Positions 31,511-41,390 of a stretch of 64,000 nt of DNA are shown piece by piece. Position numbers and translations under genes: made by a program. The notes beneath the pieces were generated by a model. The model was given only the letters and a program-made list of their open reading frames with translations. It ran no database searches and was not told where the DNA came from. Positions within the stretch are counted from its first letter, which is position 1. Each line of letters begins with the position of its first letter. The stretch covers positions 1,024,001-1,088,000 of the forward strand of contig CAVUWA010000002.1 in assembly GCA_963744995.1 (NCBI GenBank), written 5' to 3'. The stretch is from Candidatus Eiseniibacteriota bacterium (lineage in GTDB: Bacteria; Eisenbacteria; RBG-16-71-46).

Positions 31511-31968
31511 GCGAAGCCGGACGCCGCACGCCGCGCCTCTGTATCGTGGCGTCGCGCTTCAACGCGAAGTACGTGGATCGCATGGTCGCGGCCGCGCGCG
31601 CGGTGCTCGCCGGCCACGGTGTGGAAGACGCGCGCGTGGACCTCGTGCGCGTGCCCGGCGCGTTCGAACTGCCGCTCGCTTGCCAGCGCGCGGCGGAGTC
31701 GCGACGCTACGGTGCGGTGCTCGCATTCGGCTGCCTGATCGAAGGCGAGACCGACCATTACCGCCTGGTGGCCGACGCGACGACGCGGGGCCTCATGCGT
31801 GTCGCGCTCGATCATGGCGTGCCGGTGCTGCACGGGGTGCTTGCGGTGCACGACGCGGCGCAGGCCGAGGCGCGCACCGGCGGTGCGGTCGGCAACCGCG
31901 GCGCGGAGGTGGCGCTGGCGGCCCTTGCCGTGTGCGGACTCGGCGATCGCACGGAGACGCCGTCCTGA
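31507..31968 (+). CDS. ribH: 6,7-dimethyl-8-ribityllumazine synthase
   Basis: [32 protein letters not shown]. Confidence 0.93.
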   Translation: MSEAGRRTPRLCIVASRFNAKYVDRMVAAARAVLAGHGVEDARVDLVRVPGAFELPLACQRAAESRRYGAVLAFGCLIEGETDHYRLVADATTRGLMRVALDHGVPVLHGVLAVHDAAQAEARTGGAVGNRGAEVALAALAVCGLGDRTETPS

Positions 31969-32011
31969 GCCGGCGCCGCACATCCCGCAATGCGGCCCGC
32001 GGGAGGTCCGC

Positions 32012-32449
32012 ATGAGCCCGCGACGCCCGGTCGTCTCCGCGCGCCATCGCGCGCGCGAGGCCGCGTTCCGCGTGGCCTACCAGGCCGAGATCGCCGGCGA
32101 CTCCTACGGCCGCGCGTGGGAGCACTACGAGGAGCGCGCGCGCCTGTCGCCGGACCAGCTCGAGCTCGCGGGTGACGTGATCCGCCATCTCGACCTCCAC
32201 GGCGCCGCCGTCGACGCGCAGCTCACGAGCGCCGCCGCGCACTGGCCGCTCGAGCGCATGAGCGCCACCGACCGCTCGGTGCTGCGCACCGCGGTCGCCG
32301 AGCTCGTCGCCCGCGCCGGCACGCCGGCCCGCGTCGTGATCGACGAGGCGGTCGAGCTGGCGAAGCGCTACGGTTCCGACGAGTCGGGCGGCTTCGTCAA
32401 CGGCGTGCTCGACCGGCTCGCGCGCGAGCTGCGCCCGGAGGAGTTCTGA
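32012..32449 (+). CDS. nusB: Transcription antitermination factor NusB
   Basis: RHRAREAAF, DRSVLR, VIDEAVELAKRYG, FVNGVLD; ribH-nusB synteny. Confidence 0.93.
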   Translation: MSPRRPVVSARHRAREAAFRVAYQAEIAGDSYGRAWEHYEERARLSPDQLELAGDVIRHLDLHGAAVDAQLTSAAAHWPLERMSATDRSVLRTAVAELVARAGTPARVVIDEAVELAKRYGSDESGGFVNGVLDRLARELRPEEF

Positions 32450-33174
32450 TGAGGCTCGCGATCCTGTCGGACATCCACGGCAACCTCGAGGCGCTCGAGG
32501 CGGTGCTCGCCGACGTCGACGGCCGCGGGGTGGACGATACCGTGTGTCTCGGCGACTTCGTCGGCTACGGCGCGTCGCCCAACGAGTGCGTCGAGACGCT
32601 GCGCGCACGCATCAGCGGCGCCGTGCTCGGCAACCACGACGCCGCGGCAATCGGCCGGCTCTCGCTCGGCGACTTCAACTCCGACGCCGCGACCGCGGCG
32701 CGCTGGACGGAAAACGCGCTGAGCGCCGAAACGCGCACCTGGCTCGAGGCGCTTCCCTACACGATCGAGCGTGACGCCGCGCTGCTGGTGCACGCTTCGC
32801 CGCTCGAGCCGCAGGCCTGGCACTACGTGCTGTCGCCGATGGACGCCGCGGAAGAGTTCGAGGCATTCGCGCACTCGATCTGCTTCATCGGTCACTCGCA
32901 CTTCCCGGGTGCGTTCGAACGCGACGGCGAAGAGATGCGTTACTCGCGCCTCGCCGAGGTCACGATGCGGGCGGGCCGGCGTTACATCGTCAATGTGCCG
33001 AGCGTCGGGCAGCCGCGCGACAGCGACCCGCGGGCCGGATACGCCCTGTGGGATTCGGGGCGCGGGGTCGTGCAGCAGATCCGGCTCGACTACGACGTCG
33101 AAGGCGCCATGCGCAGGATCCGCGACGCCGGCCTGCCGGCGTTCCTGGCCGAACGCCTGCGCTGGGGGGAGTGA
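32449..33174 (+). CDS. Metallophosphoesterase family protein
   Basis: SDIHGN, LGDFVGYG, GNHD, GHSH, SVGQPRD. Confidence 0.92.
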   Translation: MRLAILSDIHGNLEALEAVLADVDGRGVDDTVCLGDFVGYGASPNECVETLRARISGAVLGNHDAAAIGRLSLGDFNSDAATAARWTENALSAETRTWLEALPYTIERDAALLVHASPLEPQAWHYVLSPMDAAEEFEAFAHSICFIGHSHFPGAFERDGEEMRYSRLAEVTMRAGRRYIVNVPSVGQPRDSDPRAGYALWDSGRGVVQQIRLDYDVEGAMRRIRDAGLPAFLAERLRWGE

Positions 33175-33175
33175 C

Positions 33176-33961
33176 GTGACCGGAACGCCATCGCGGGTCT
33201 CGACGCTCTCGCACTGGGAGTCCTACTGGCGCGCGCACGCCGACATCCAGGAGACGTATTCGACCGGTGGACGCCTGGTGCGCGAGATTCTCGCCGACGG
33301 CGACGTGCGCGGGAAGCGCATCATGGAGGTCGGCGCGGGCTCGGGCCGCGACGCGATCGGCCTGGTGGAGGCGGGAGCGGCGGGTTTCGTGCTCGACTAT
33401 TCGCCGGCCTCGCTCGAGCTGGTGCGGCGCCAGGCCGCGGCACGCGGCGTGGCGATCCACCTCGTGCGCGCCGACGCGCTGGCGATGCCGTTCCGCGACG
33501 GGACCTTCGACGTCGTGTTCCACCAGGGTCTGCTCGAGCACTTCCGTGATCCGATGCCGCTCACGCGCGAGAACGCGCGCGTCACGAAGCGTGGCGGCCG
33601 CGTCGTCTTCGACGTGCCGCAGACGTTTCACCTCTATACGCTGATGAAGCAGACGATGATCCTCTTCAACGTGTGGTTCGCGGGCTGGGAGACGCAGTTC
33701 ACCCCCGCGGGCCTCGAGAACGTGCTCACCCGGGCCGGGCTCGTCGTGCGGCGCACCTACGGCGAGTGGATGGTGCCGGGGCTGTTCTACCGCGTGCTGC
33801 GCGAGTCGCTGAAACGTGCGTTCGGCGTGAAGCTGCCGCTCGAACCCCGGGGCCCGGCCTGGTGGCATCGCGGCTGGACCGCGCTGCGCGCGCGGCTCGC
33901 CCGCCACCGGACGGCGCTCTATACCTGCCACGTGATCGGAACCGTGGCCGAGAAGCCATGA
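33176..33961 (+). CDS. Class I SAM-dependent methyltransferase
   Basis: EVGAGSG motif I, ADALAMPF, FDVVFHQGLLEHF. Confidence 0.88.
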   Translation: MTGTPSRVSTLSHWESYWRAHADIQETYSTGGRLVREILADGDVRGKRIMEVGAGSGRDAIGLVEAGAAGFVLDYSPASLELVRRQAAARGVAIHLVRADALAMPFRDGTFDVVFHQGLLEHFRDPMPLTRENARVTKRGGRVVFDVPQTFHLYTLMKQTMILFNVWFAGWETQFTPAGLENVLTRAGLVVRRTYGEWMVPGLFYRVLRESLKRAFGVKLPLEPRGPAWWHRGWTALRARLARHRTALYTCHVIGTVAEKP

Positions 33962-35088
33962 GCGCCCGGCGCCATCTGCTCGCCATCAACTTTCGCGATC
34001 CGGCGCACCCCGAGGCGGGGGGCGCCGAGCAGCATCTGGAGGAGATCCTGCTCGAAGCCGTACGGCGCGGGCACCAGGTGACCTGGCTCACCACCGGGTT
34101 CCCGGGCGGCAAGGCCGATGACACCCATCGCGGGATGCGCATCGTGCGGCGCGGCAACTGGTGGAACTTCAATCTCATCGTGCCCGGGGTCCTGCGCCGC
34201 GAGTTCTCGAATCCGGCCCCCGATCTGGTGATCGAGGACATCAACAAGGTGCCGTGCATGACGCCGTGGTGGACGCGCGCGCCGGTCGCGGTGATCGTGC
34301 CGCATCTGTTCGGCACCGCGGCGTTCCGCGAGGCCTCGGTGCCCATCGCGCTCTACGTGCTGGTGCTCGAATCGCTGATCCCCGCCGTGTACCGGCGCTC
34401 GCGCATGGTGGTGATCTCCGAGAGCACGCGCGACGATCTCGTCGCGCGCGGCGTGCGGCGCGACCACATCGAGGTCGTCCACTGCGGCATGGATCACGCC
34501 GTGCACCAGGCGCCCCCGGATGCGAACAAGCGCGAGCGGCCGACGGTGGCGTTCGTCGGCAGGTTGCGCAGGTACAAGGGACTCGACTGGGTGCTGCGGG
34601 TGTGGCCGCGCGTGCTCGAGCGTTTTCCGGAGGCGCGGCTCGAGGTGATCGGCGACGGCCCGTACCGCGCGGCGCTTCAGCACATGGTCGAACACGCCGG
34701 CGTGGGCGCGTCGGTGGCCTTTCTGGGCTTCCTGCCGCTCCAGGAGAAAGTGCGGCGCGTGAGCGAGGCCTGGCTGCTGGTGCAGCCCTCGCCCAAGGAG
34801 GGCTGGGGGCTCACCGTGGTCGAGGCCGGCGCGGTCGGCACCGCGGTCGTGGCGGCCGACAGCCCCGGTCTGCGCGACTCGGTGCGCGGGAACGAGACCG
34901 GACTGCTGATTCCGTTCGGGGACGATGCGCAGCTGACCGGGGCGCTGACCCGCGTGCTCGGCGACGCGCCGCTGCGCGAGCGCTTCGCGCAGGCGGGGAA
35001 GGCGTGGGCGGCGCGCTTCACCTGGCCCGACTGCGCGCGCCGCTCGCTCGATGCGCTCATGCGCGGTTGCCGGGGCGCCGGCTCGTGA
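33958..35088 (+). CDS. Glycosyltransferase family 4
   Basis: GGAE, FVGRLRRYKG, PSPKEGWGLTVVEAGA. Confidence 0.9.
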   Translation: MSARRHLLAINFRDPAHPEAGGAEQHLEEILLEAVRRGHQVTWLTTGFPGGKADDTHRGMRIVRRGNWWNFNLIVPGVLRREFSNPAPDLVIEDINKVPCMTPWWTRAPVAVIVPHLFGTAAFREASVPIALYVLVLESLIPAVYRRSRMVVISESTRDDLVARGVRRDHIEVVHCGMDHAVHQAPPDANKRERPTVAFVGRLRRYKGLDWVLRVWPRVLERFPEARLEVIGDGPYRAALQHMVEHAGVGASVAFLGFLPLQEKVRRVSEAWLLVQPSPKEGWGLTVVEAGAVGTAVVAADSPGLRDSVRGNETGLLIPFGDDAQLTGALTRVLGDAPLRERFAQAGKAWAARFTWPDCARRSLDALMRGCRGAGS

Positions 35089-36095
35089 CCGTGCGCGCCG
35101 CCACGCCGCGCGTCGCGCCGTTCTGGCGCCGTCTGCTCTCGACCGGCGCCAAGCTCGTGCTGAGCATCGGGCTCATGGCGTTCGTACTGTCGCGCGTGCC
35201 GCTCGACCGGGTGCTGGACATCTTCCGCTCCGCGCACGCGGGCTGGCTCGCGGGCGCATGGCTGCTGCTGGTCGCGAGCAACGTGCTCGGCGCATACCAG
35301 TGGAACCGGCTGCTGCAGGCGGTGGGGCTGCGGATGCCGTTCTTCAAGGTGTGCGCGATCTACCACGTCGGACTGTTCTTCAACAACTTCCTGCCGGCCA
35401 ACATCGGCGGCGACATCGCGCGTGTGCTCGACGCCTCGCGCGGCGAGAGCTCGCGCGCCGCGGCGTTCTCCACGGTGCTCATGGACCGGCTGATCGGCAT
35501 GGTGGCGCTCGGTGGCCTTGCCGTCGTCTCGACGCTGCCGCTCGTCAACCGATTTCACCTTTCCATGATCTATCTGCTGATGTTCGCCTTCTTCGCCACG
35601 GCGATCACGATCATGTGGGGCGTGCTCCATCCGGATTTCCTGACGATCGTCGAGCGGGTGCTGGCGAAGGTCGGTCTCAAGGGCCTCAAACCACGTCTCG
35701 ACAACGTATCCGAGCACCTCGGCGTGCTGCGGGTGAGGCGCGCGCTCATGGCGGAGCTGACCGTGGTGGCCCTGGCGGTTCAGGTCTCGCGGATCCTCGT
35801 CCACGTGCTGGTGGCGACGGCCCTGGGGCTGTCGATTCCGCTCGGCTACTTCTTCCTTTTCGTGCCGCTCCTGGCGGTGATAGTCTCTTTGCCCATCTCG
35901 TTGAACGGCATCGGAGTACGCGAGGGCGCCGGGATTCTGATCTTCGGGCTCATCGGCGTGACTCGCGCCGAGGCGTTCACGCTCCAGTTCGCCACATACC
36001 TCGTCGCGCTGGCCGTCAGCCTGCTCGGCGGGCTGGTCGTGCTCTCGAGGATTCCCGGCCGGCGCTCGCGCCCCGACATGACGGAGGTTTCCTGA
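35085..36095 (+). CDS. Lysylphosphatidylglycerol synthase TM-domain/UPF0104 flippase-like membrane protein
   Basis: FFNNFLPANIGGD, DRLIG, LPISLNGIGVRE; about 8 TM segments. Confidence 0.85.
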   Translation: MTVRAATPRVAPFWRRLLSTGAKLVLSIGLMAFVLSRVPLDRVLDIFRSAHAGWLAGAWLLLVASNVLGAYQWNRLLQAVGLRMPFFKVCAIYHVGLFFNNFLPANIGGDIARVLDASRGESSRAAAFSTVLMDRLIGMVALGGLAVVSTLPLVNRFHLSMIYLLMFAFFATAITIMWGVLHPDFLTIVERVLAKVGLKGLKPRLDNVSEHLGVLRVRRALMAELTVVALAVQVSRILVHVLVATALGLSIPLGYFFLFVPLLAVIVSLPISLNGIGVREGAGILIFGLIGVTRAEAFTLQFATYLVALAVSLLGGLVVLSRIPGRRSRPDMTEVS

Positions 36096-38722
36096 TGGAT
36101 GCGAAGCGCGCCACCGCGTGGCTGGCGGTGGTGGTCCTGCTGGTCGTCGGCGCCGTGTACTTCATCACGCTCTCGCCTTCGGTGCCGTTCTGGGACGCGG
36201 GCGAGTTCATCGCGGTCTCGAAGATCCTCGGCATTCCACATCCGCCCGGTACGCCGTTCTACGTCCTGATCGGCCGCATCGCGACGATGATCCCGCTCGG
36301 CAACATCGCCCAGCGCATCAACGGTCTCTCCGCCATTTCCGGTCTGCTCGCCGTCGTCATCACGTATCTGACCATCGTGCGACTGATCCGCATTTCGATG
36401 GGCCCCGAACGCAAGCCGCAGGACGAGTGGATCGCCCACGTCGGCGCGCTGTTCGGCGCGTTCATGCTCGCGTTCTCGGATGCATTCTGGGAGAACTCGA
36501 TCGAGGCCGAGGTCTACTCGATGATGAGCCTCGCCCAGATCATGGTGTTCTGGCTGGGGCTCAAGTGGTGGGAGGCGCACGACATCAAGCCCACCGCCGG
36601 CCCGCTGCTGGTCTGCGTCTACATCATGTGGCTCTCGGTGGGGTTGCACCTCGGCGTGGGCATCATGGGCCTGCCGCTGCTCGTGCTGGTGGCGATGGTG
36701 GACCGCAAGGCGGCGTGGGTGTTCCTGATGCCGTTCCTCTCGGTGCTGCTGGTCACCATGGGGCTGGAAAAGATGGCCGGGGGGGTGCTGATCCTCTCCT
36801 CGGCCGTGTTCGTGTGGTTCTGGACGCAGAAGAAGCTGAACGGCTGGCTGGCCATGGGCTCGATCGCGGGCACGGTGATCCTGTTCCCGGCCGCGTTCCA
36901 GGACAAGCCCATCACCCCGGGTCTCGCGCTGCTCGCGGTGGTCGCGATCGCGGTCCCGCTGTTCTTCCTGTCGCGCGCCACCAAGGCGGGGCGGATCATC
37001 GCACTTGCGCTGTTCCTGATGATCGCCGGCTACTCGACGCACGCCTACCTGCCGATCCGCGCGGCGCAGAGCCCCGCGATCAACGAGGGCAACCCCGACA
37101 CCTGGGATCGCCTGCGCGATCTGCTCGAGCGCAAACAGTACGGCACCATGAACATGTTCGTGCGGCGCGCGCCGCTCTCGGTGCAGCTCGACAAGGAGTT
37201 CTGGCGCTACTTCAAGCGCCAGTGGCCGCTGTGGCAGTCGAAGGGTGACGAGAACCGGCTGATCCCGCTCGGCGCGCTCGTGCCGCTGCTGCTGGGGCTG
37301 TTCGGTGCATACTGGCAGGCGCGAACATCGCGCACGGCATTCCTGCCGACGTTCACGTTCGCCGGCCTCACCACGGTCGGCATGATCGTGTTCCTGAACT
37401 TCAGTCCGAACGAGGTGCGCGACCGCGACTACTTCTTCCAGAGCGGCTTCCACGCATACGCCCTGTGGATGGGGCTCGGTGCGTCCTGGCTGATCCTGTG
37501 GGTCCGCGATTCGTTCACGGAGGGACCGCTCAGGCGCGGCGCGACGTGGGGCACGATCGGGCTCGTGCTGCTGATGCCGTTCCTGCTGATGCACACCATG
37601 TGGTTCACCCACGACCGCCGCGGCAACTACGTGGCGTACGACTACGCGCGCAACATGCTCATGGATCTGGCGCCGAACTCCTTCATCTTCACCAACGGCG
37701 ACAACGACACGTTCCCGCTCTGGTACATGCAGGAGGTCGAAGGCTTCCGCAAGGACGTCCGGGTCGTGAATCTGAGTCTGCTCAACACCGACTGGTACAT
37801 CCGCCAGCTGCGCGACGAGGCGCCGAAGGTGCCGATGTCGCTCTCGGACGCGGCGATCGATCAGCTCGGCCTCGGCGCGGTGCAGGACACGACCGGAAGG
37901 ATCATCTACACGAACGAGTTCATGGTGCGACACATCATGCAGCAGGACCGCAACCCCGACGGCTCTTGGAAGAAGCAGCCGTACTGGGCCGTCACGGTGC
38001 CGAACCACTACGGTTTCGAGCCGTACTTCTCGCTCGAGGGGCTGGTCTATCGCGTGAACCCGGACTCGACGCAGCCGGACATCGACGTGGCGGCCACCGA
38101 GAAGGCGCTCTACCACGACTTCAAGTACCGCGGCCTGTTCCTCAAGGACGGGACGTGGGATCCGTCGGTCTACAAGGACGAGAACGCCTCGACGCTGTCG
38201 CGCAACTACGCCGCGGCGCACCTGCAGCTGGCGTTCTACTACCGGCGTCAGGGCAACATGAAGCGCGCGATCGAAGAGATGGAGCGCGTCTCGCGCATGT
38301 TCCCCGACTACACCGACGTGCTCGTACCGCTCGGCGGCTTCTATCTGGATGCCGGCGACACCAACAAGGCGGTGGCGCTGTTCCGCGGGCTCGCGACGCG
38401 CGACCCGCAGAACGCCGAAGCGCGTTACTACTATGGCATCTCGCTGTTCTACCAGGGCCACATCGACGAGGCGGTGCGCGAGTTCCAGAGCACGATCCAG
38501 ATCAATCCGGATTACAGTCAGGCCTACTACGCCGCGTACTACGCGCTCAAGGAAGCCGGACAGACGGAGCAGGCGATTTCGTTCCTCGACCGCTGGGTGG
38601 CGCTGCACCCGACCGATGCGCAGGCGCGCCAGCTCGCGCAGTCGGAGCGTGCGCTCTTGAAGGGTGGGGGATCGGTCGGCGGCATGGGAGGCACGCCGCT
38701 GCCGCCGCCGCAGCTGCCCTGA
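36095..38722 (+). CDS. DUF2723 (TMEM260-like) GT-C membrane protein with C-terminal TPRs
   Basis: WDAGEF, GIPHPPGTP, EAEVY, RDRDYFF, FTNGDNDTFPLWY, NLSLLNTDWY, then TPR-like repeats. Confidence 0.88.
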   Translation: MDAKRATAWLAVVVLLVVGAVYFITLSPSVPFWDAGEFIAVSKILGIPHPPGTPFYVLIGRIATMIPLGNIAQRINGLSAISGLLAVVITYLTIVRLIRISMGPERKPQDEWIAHVGALFGAFMLAFSDAFWENSIEAEVYSMMSLAQIMVFWLGLKWWEAHDIKPTAGPLLVCVYIMWLSVGLHLGVGIMGLPLLVLVAMVDRKAAWVFLMPFLSVLLVTMGLEKMAGGVLILSSAVFVWFWTQKKLNGWLAMGSIAGTVILFPAAFQDKPITPGLALLAVVAIAVPLFFLSRATKAGRIIALALFLMIAGYSTHAYLPIRAAQSPAINEGNPDTWDRLRDLLERKQYGTMNMFVRRAPLSVQLDKEFWRYFKRQWPLWQSKGDENRLIPLGALVPLLLGLFGAYWQARTSRTAFLPTFTFAGLTTVGMIVFLNFSPNEVRDRDYFFQSGFHAYALWMGLGASWLILWVRDSFTEGPLRRGATWGTIGLVLLMPFLLMHTMWFTHDRRGNYVAYDYARNMLMDLAPNSFIFTNGDNDTFPLWYMQEVEGFRKDVRVVNLSLLNTDWYIRQLRDEAPKVPMSLSDAAIDQLGLGAVQDTTGRIIYTNEFMVRHIMQQDRNPDGSWKKQPYWAVTVPNHYGFEPYFSLEGLVYRVNPDSTQPDIDVAATEKALYHDFKYRGLFLKDGTWDPSVYKDENASTLSRNYAAAHLQLAFYYRRQGNMKRAIEEMERVSRMFPDYTDVLVPLGGFYLDAGDTNKAVALFRGLATRDPQNAEARYYYGISLFYQGHIDEAVREFQSTIQINPDYSQAYYAAYYALKEAGQTEQAISFLDRWVALHPTDAQARQLAQSERALLKGGGSVGGMGGTPLPPPQLP

Positions 38723-38739
38723 CGCGGAGGGAGGGAAGC

Positions 38740-39696
38740 ATGGCCAGACACGCGCTGGTGACCGGCGCCGCCGGGTTCCTGGGATCGCATCTGTCGGAGC
38801 GCCTGCTCGGCGAAGGGCTCGCGGTCACGGGCGTGGACTGCTTCACCGACTACTACGATCCCGCCATCAAGCGGCGTCACGTCGCCGCCGCGCTCGCCGA
38901 CGCGAGGTTCACACTGCTCGAGCTGGACCTCGGCGAGGACGACCTCGCGGCGCTTCCCGACGTGGACGTCGTCTTCCATCAGGCGGCGCAGGCCGGCGTG
39001 CGCGCCTCGTGGGGCGCGGAGTTCGCCGGCTACACGCACCACAACGTCCTCGCCACGCAGCGGCTGCTCGAGCGGTATCGCGAGGCGACGCTCGAACGGT
39101 TCGTGTACGCCTCGTCGTCCTCGGTCTACGGCGATGCCGAACGGTTTCCGACCGGCGAGGACCTGCTGCCGCGACCGTTCTCGCCCTACGGCGTGACCAA
39201 GCTCGCCGCCGAGCACCTGACGCTCCTCTACGGTCGCAACTTCGGCCTGCCCGTCACCGCGCTGCGCTACTTCACCGTCTATGGCCCGCGCCAGCGCCCC
39301 GACATGGCATTCCACCGCTTCTGCCGCGCGATGGTCAGGGGCGAGCCGATCACCGTGTACGGCGACGGCCGCCAGTCGCGCGACTTCACCTACGTGGACG
39401 ACGCGATCGAAGCGAACGTGCGCGCATGGCACGGCGCGCGTCCGCAGGGCGTCTACAACGTCGGCGGCGGCTCGCAGGTCGAGGTGCTCGAGGCGATCGC
39501 GATCCTCGAACGCGCGCTGGAGGTGAAGGCGGAGATCCGCTTCGAGCCGCGGCCGCCCGGCGATCCGTTGCGCACGCGCGCCGACGCAACCCGGCTGCGC
39601 GCGGACCTCGGCTTCGCGCCGGCGACCCCGATCGAGCAGGGGCTGGCGGCGGAGGCGGGGTGGCTCAGGGACCTCTACGCGGACCGTCCGGCGTGA
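38740..39696 (+). CDS. NAD-dependent nucleotide-sugar epimerase (UDP-glucuronate/glucose 4-epimerase-like)
   Basis: TGAAGFLG, ASSSSVYG, YGVTK, RYFTVYGPRQRPDMA. Confidence 0.92.
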   Translation: MARHALVTGAAGFLGSHLSERLLGEGLAVTGVDCFTDYYDPAIKRRHVAAALADARFTLLELDLGEDDLAALPDVDVVFHQAAQAGVRASWGAEFAGYTHHNVLATQRLLERYREATLERFVYASSSSVYGDAERFPTGEDLLPRPFSPYGVTKLAAEHLTLLYGRNFGLPVTALRYFTVYGPRQRPDMAFHRFCRAMVRGEPITVYGDGRQSRDFTYVDDAIEANVRAWHGARPQGVYNVGGGSQVEVLEAIAILERALEVKAEIRFEPRPPGDPLRTRADATRLRADLGFAPATPIEQGLAAEAGWLRDLYADRPA

Positions 39697-40640
39697 GCGA
39701 GCGCCCGGGGATCTCGGCCGTGGTCCCGGCCTACAACGAGGTGGAGAGCCTCGCCGAGCTGCACGGCCAGCTGGTGCAGGCACTCGAGGCGACGGGCCGC
39801 ACGTGGGAGATCCTGTACGTCGACGACGGGTCGCGCGACGGCACCGACCGCGCGATCGCCGCGCTGTGCGAGAGCGACCGCCGGGTGAGCGCGGTATCGC
39901 TGCGCCGCAACTTCGGCAAGTCGGCCGCGCTCGCGACCGGCTTCCGGCTCGCGCGCGGCGAATGGGTGGTAACGCTCGACGCCGACCTCCAGGACGATCC
40001 GGCCGAGCTGCCGAAGCTGGTCACGGCGCTCGAGGGCGGGCTCGATCTGGTCTCGGGCTGGAAGCAGAGCCGTCAGGATCCGATCACCAAGACGCTGCCG
40101 TCGCGGCTCTTCAACGCGGTGACCTCGTCCGTGTCGGGCGTCACGCTCCACGATTTCAACTGCGGCTTCAAGCTCTACCGCCGCGAAGTCGTCGAAGCGG
40201 TGGACGTCTACGGCGAGCGCCATCGCTTCGTGCCGGCGCTTGCGCACTGGCAGGGCTTTCGCGTGGGCGAGGTGCCGGTACACCATCGGCCGCGACGCTA
40301 CGGGCGCAGCAAGTTCGGCGCGGCGCGCTTCATCAACGGCTTCCTCGACCTGATCAGCGCCGCATTTCTGTCGACCAGCGGGCTGAAACCGCTGCACGTC
40401 TTCGGCCGCATCGGCCTCGGTTCGCTCGCCGTCGGCGTCCTCATGGGCCTGTGGTTCATCGCGCAATGGCTCGGCGGCGAGCCCATGCGCGTGCGCCCGC
40501 TGATGCTGTTCGGCGCCGGCCTCGTCCTGCTCGGCATCCTGCTGATGCTGATGGGCCTGCTGGGCGAGATGATCGTGCACTCGGCGCCGCGCCCGCAGTA
40601 CCCGACCCGCAACCGGATCCACCTGGACGGCGATGCATGA
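39693..40640 (+). CDS. GT2 polyprenyl-phosphate glycosyltransferase (ArnC/GtrB-like)
   Basis: VPAYNE, VDDGSRD, RNFGKS, DADLQD, DFNCGFK; two C-terminal TM helices. Confidence 0.9.
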   Translation: MSERPGISAVVPAYNEVESLAELHGQLVQALEATGRTWEILYVDDGSRDGTDRAIAALCESDRRVSAVSLRRNFGKSAALATGFRLARGEWVVTLDADLQDDPAELPKLVTALEGGLDLVSGWKQSRQDPITKTLPSRLFNAVTSSVSGVTLHDFNCGFKLYRREVVEAVDVYGERHRFVPALAHWQGFRVGEVPVHHRPRRYGRSKFGAARFINGFLDLISAAFLSTSGLKPLHVFGRIGLGSLAVGVLMGLWFIAQWLGGEPMRVRPLMLFGAGLVLLGILLMLMGLLGEMIVHSAPRPQYPTRNRIHLDGDA

Positions 40641-41326
40641 GGGCGTTCGTGCTCGCCGGCGGACTCGGCACCCGATTGCGGCCGCAGTTCGGCGACGTGC
40701 CGAAGGGCATCGCCCCGGTCGCGGGGCGGCCGTTCCTCGCCCACGTGCTCGCATGGCTCGCGCGCAACGGTATTCGTGACGTGGTGCTGTGCACCGGACA
40801 CGGCGCCGGTCGCGTGCGCGAAGCACTCGGCGCCGGCGGGCCGCCCGGGATGACGCTCACGTATTCCGAGGAGCCGGAGCCGCTCGGCACCGGCGGCGCG
40901 CTCGCGCTCGCCGCGCCGCTGGTGCGGGGCCCGTCGCTGGTGGCGAACGGCGACACGCTGCTCGAATGCGATCCGTGGGCGCTCGAGCGGGCGCGTTTCG
41001 CGACCGGCGCGCTCGGCGCGGTGGCGCTGTTCCGGGTGGACGACGCGAAGAGCCGCGGCCGGGTCGAGCTCGACGGCGACCGCATCCTGCGCTTCGTCGA
41101 GAAGGACCCGGATTTCGAAGGGGCTGCATGGGTGAACGGCGGCCTCTACGCCTTCTCGCCGGTGCTGTGGCGCCGCCTTCCCGCCGGCGCTTCGTCGCTC
41201 GAACGCGACGTGCTGCCCGTGCTGGCCGCGGAGGGACGCTTGACCGGATGGCGCGTCGACGGCGAATTTCACGACATCGGCACCCCCGAGTCGTGGGCGC
41301 GCGCCGAGCGTCATCTGTCGACATGA
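40637..41326 (+). CDS. Sugar-1-phosphate nucleotidyltransferase (HddC-like heptose-1-P guanylyltransferase)
   Basis: LAGGLGTRL..PK, EPLGTGGA, NGD, DIGTPE; adjacent to an HddA-like kinase. Confidence 0.8.
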   Translation: MRAFVLAGGLGTRLRPQFGDVPKGIAPVAGRPFLAHVLAWLARNGIRDVVLCTGHGAGRVREALGAGGPPGMTLTYSEEPEPLGTGGALALAAPLVRGPSLVANGDTLLECDPWALERARFATGALGAVALFRVDDAKSRGRVELDGDRILRFVEKDPDFEGAAWVNGGLYAFSPVLWRRLPAGASSLERDVLPVLAAEGRLTGWRVDGEFHDIGTPESWARAERHLST

Positions 41327-41390
41327 GCCGCCCGAACCTCCCGCGGACACGCCGCGGGACGGCCGGGTGTCGCCCGGAAGGAGTGAACGC

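Noticed and set aside
35051..38722. Apparent 1223-aa protein and other long N-terminal extensions in the ORF track (60176, 59019, 57005, 53632, 41405, 37465, 29582)
   Set aside because: The extensions overlap upstream genes in another frame; real starts coincide with start/stop overlaps, so these are not fusions.
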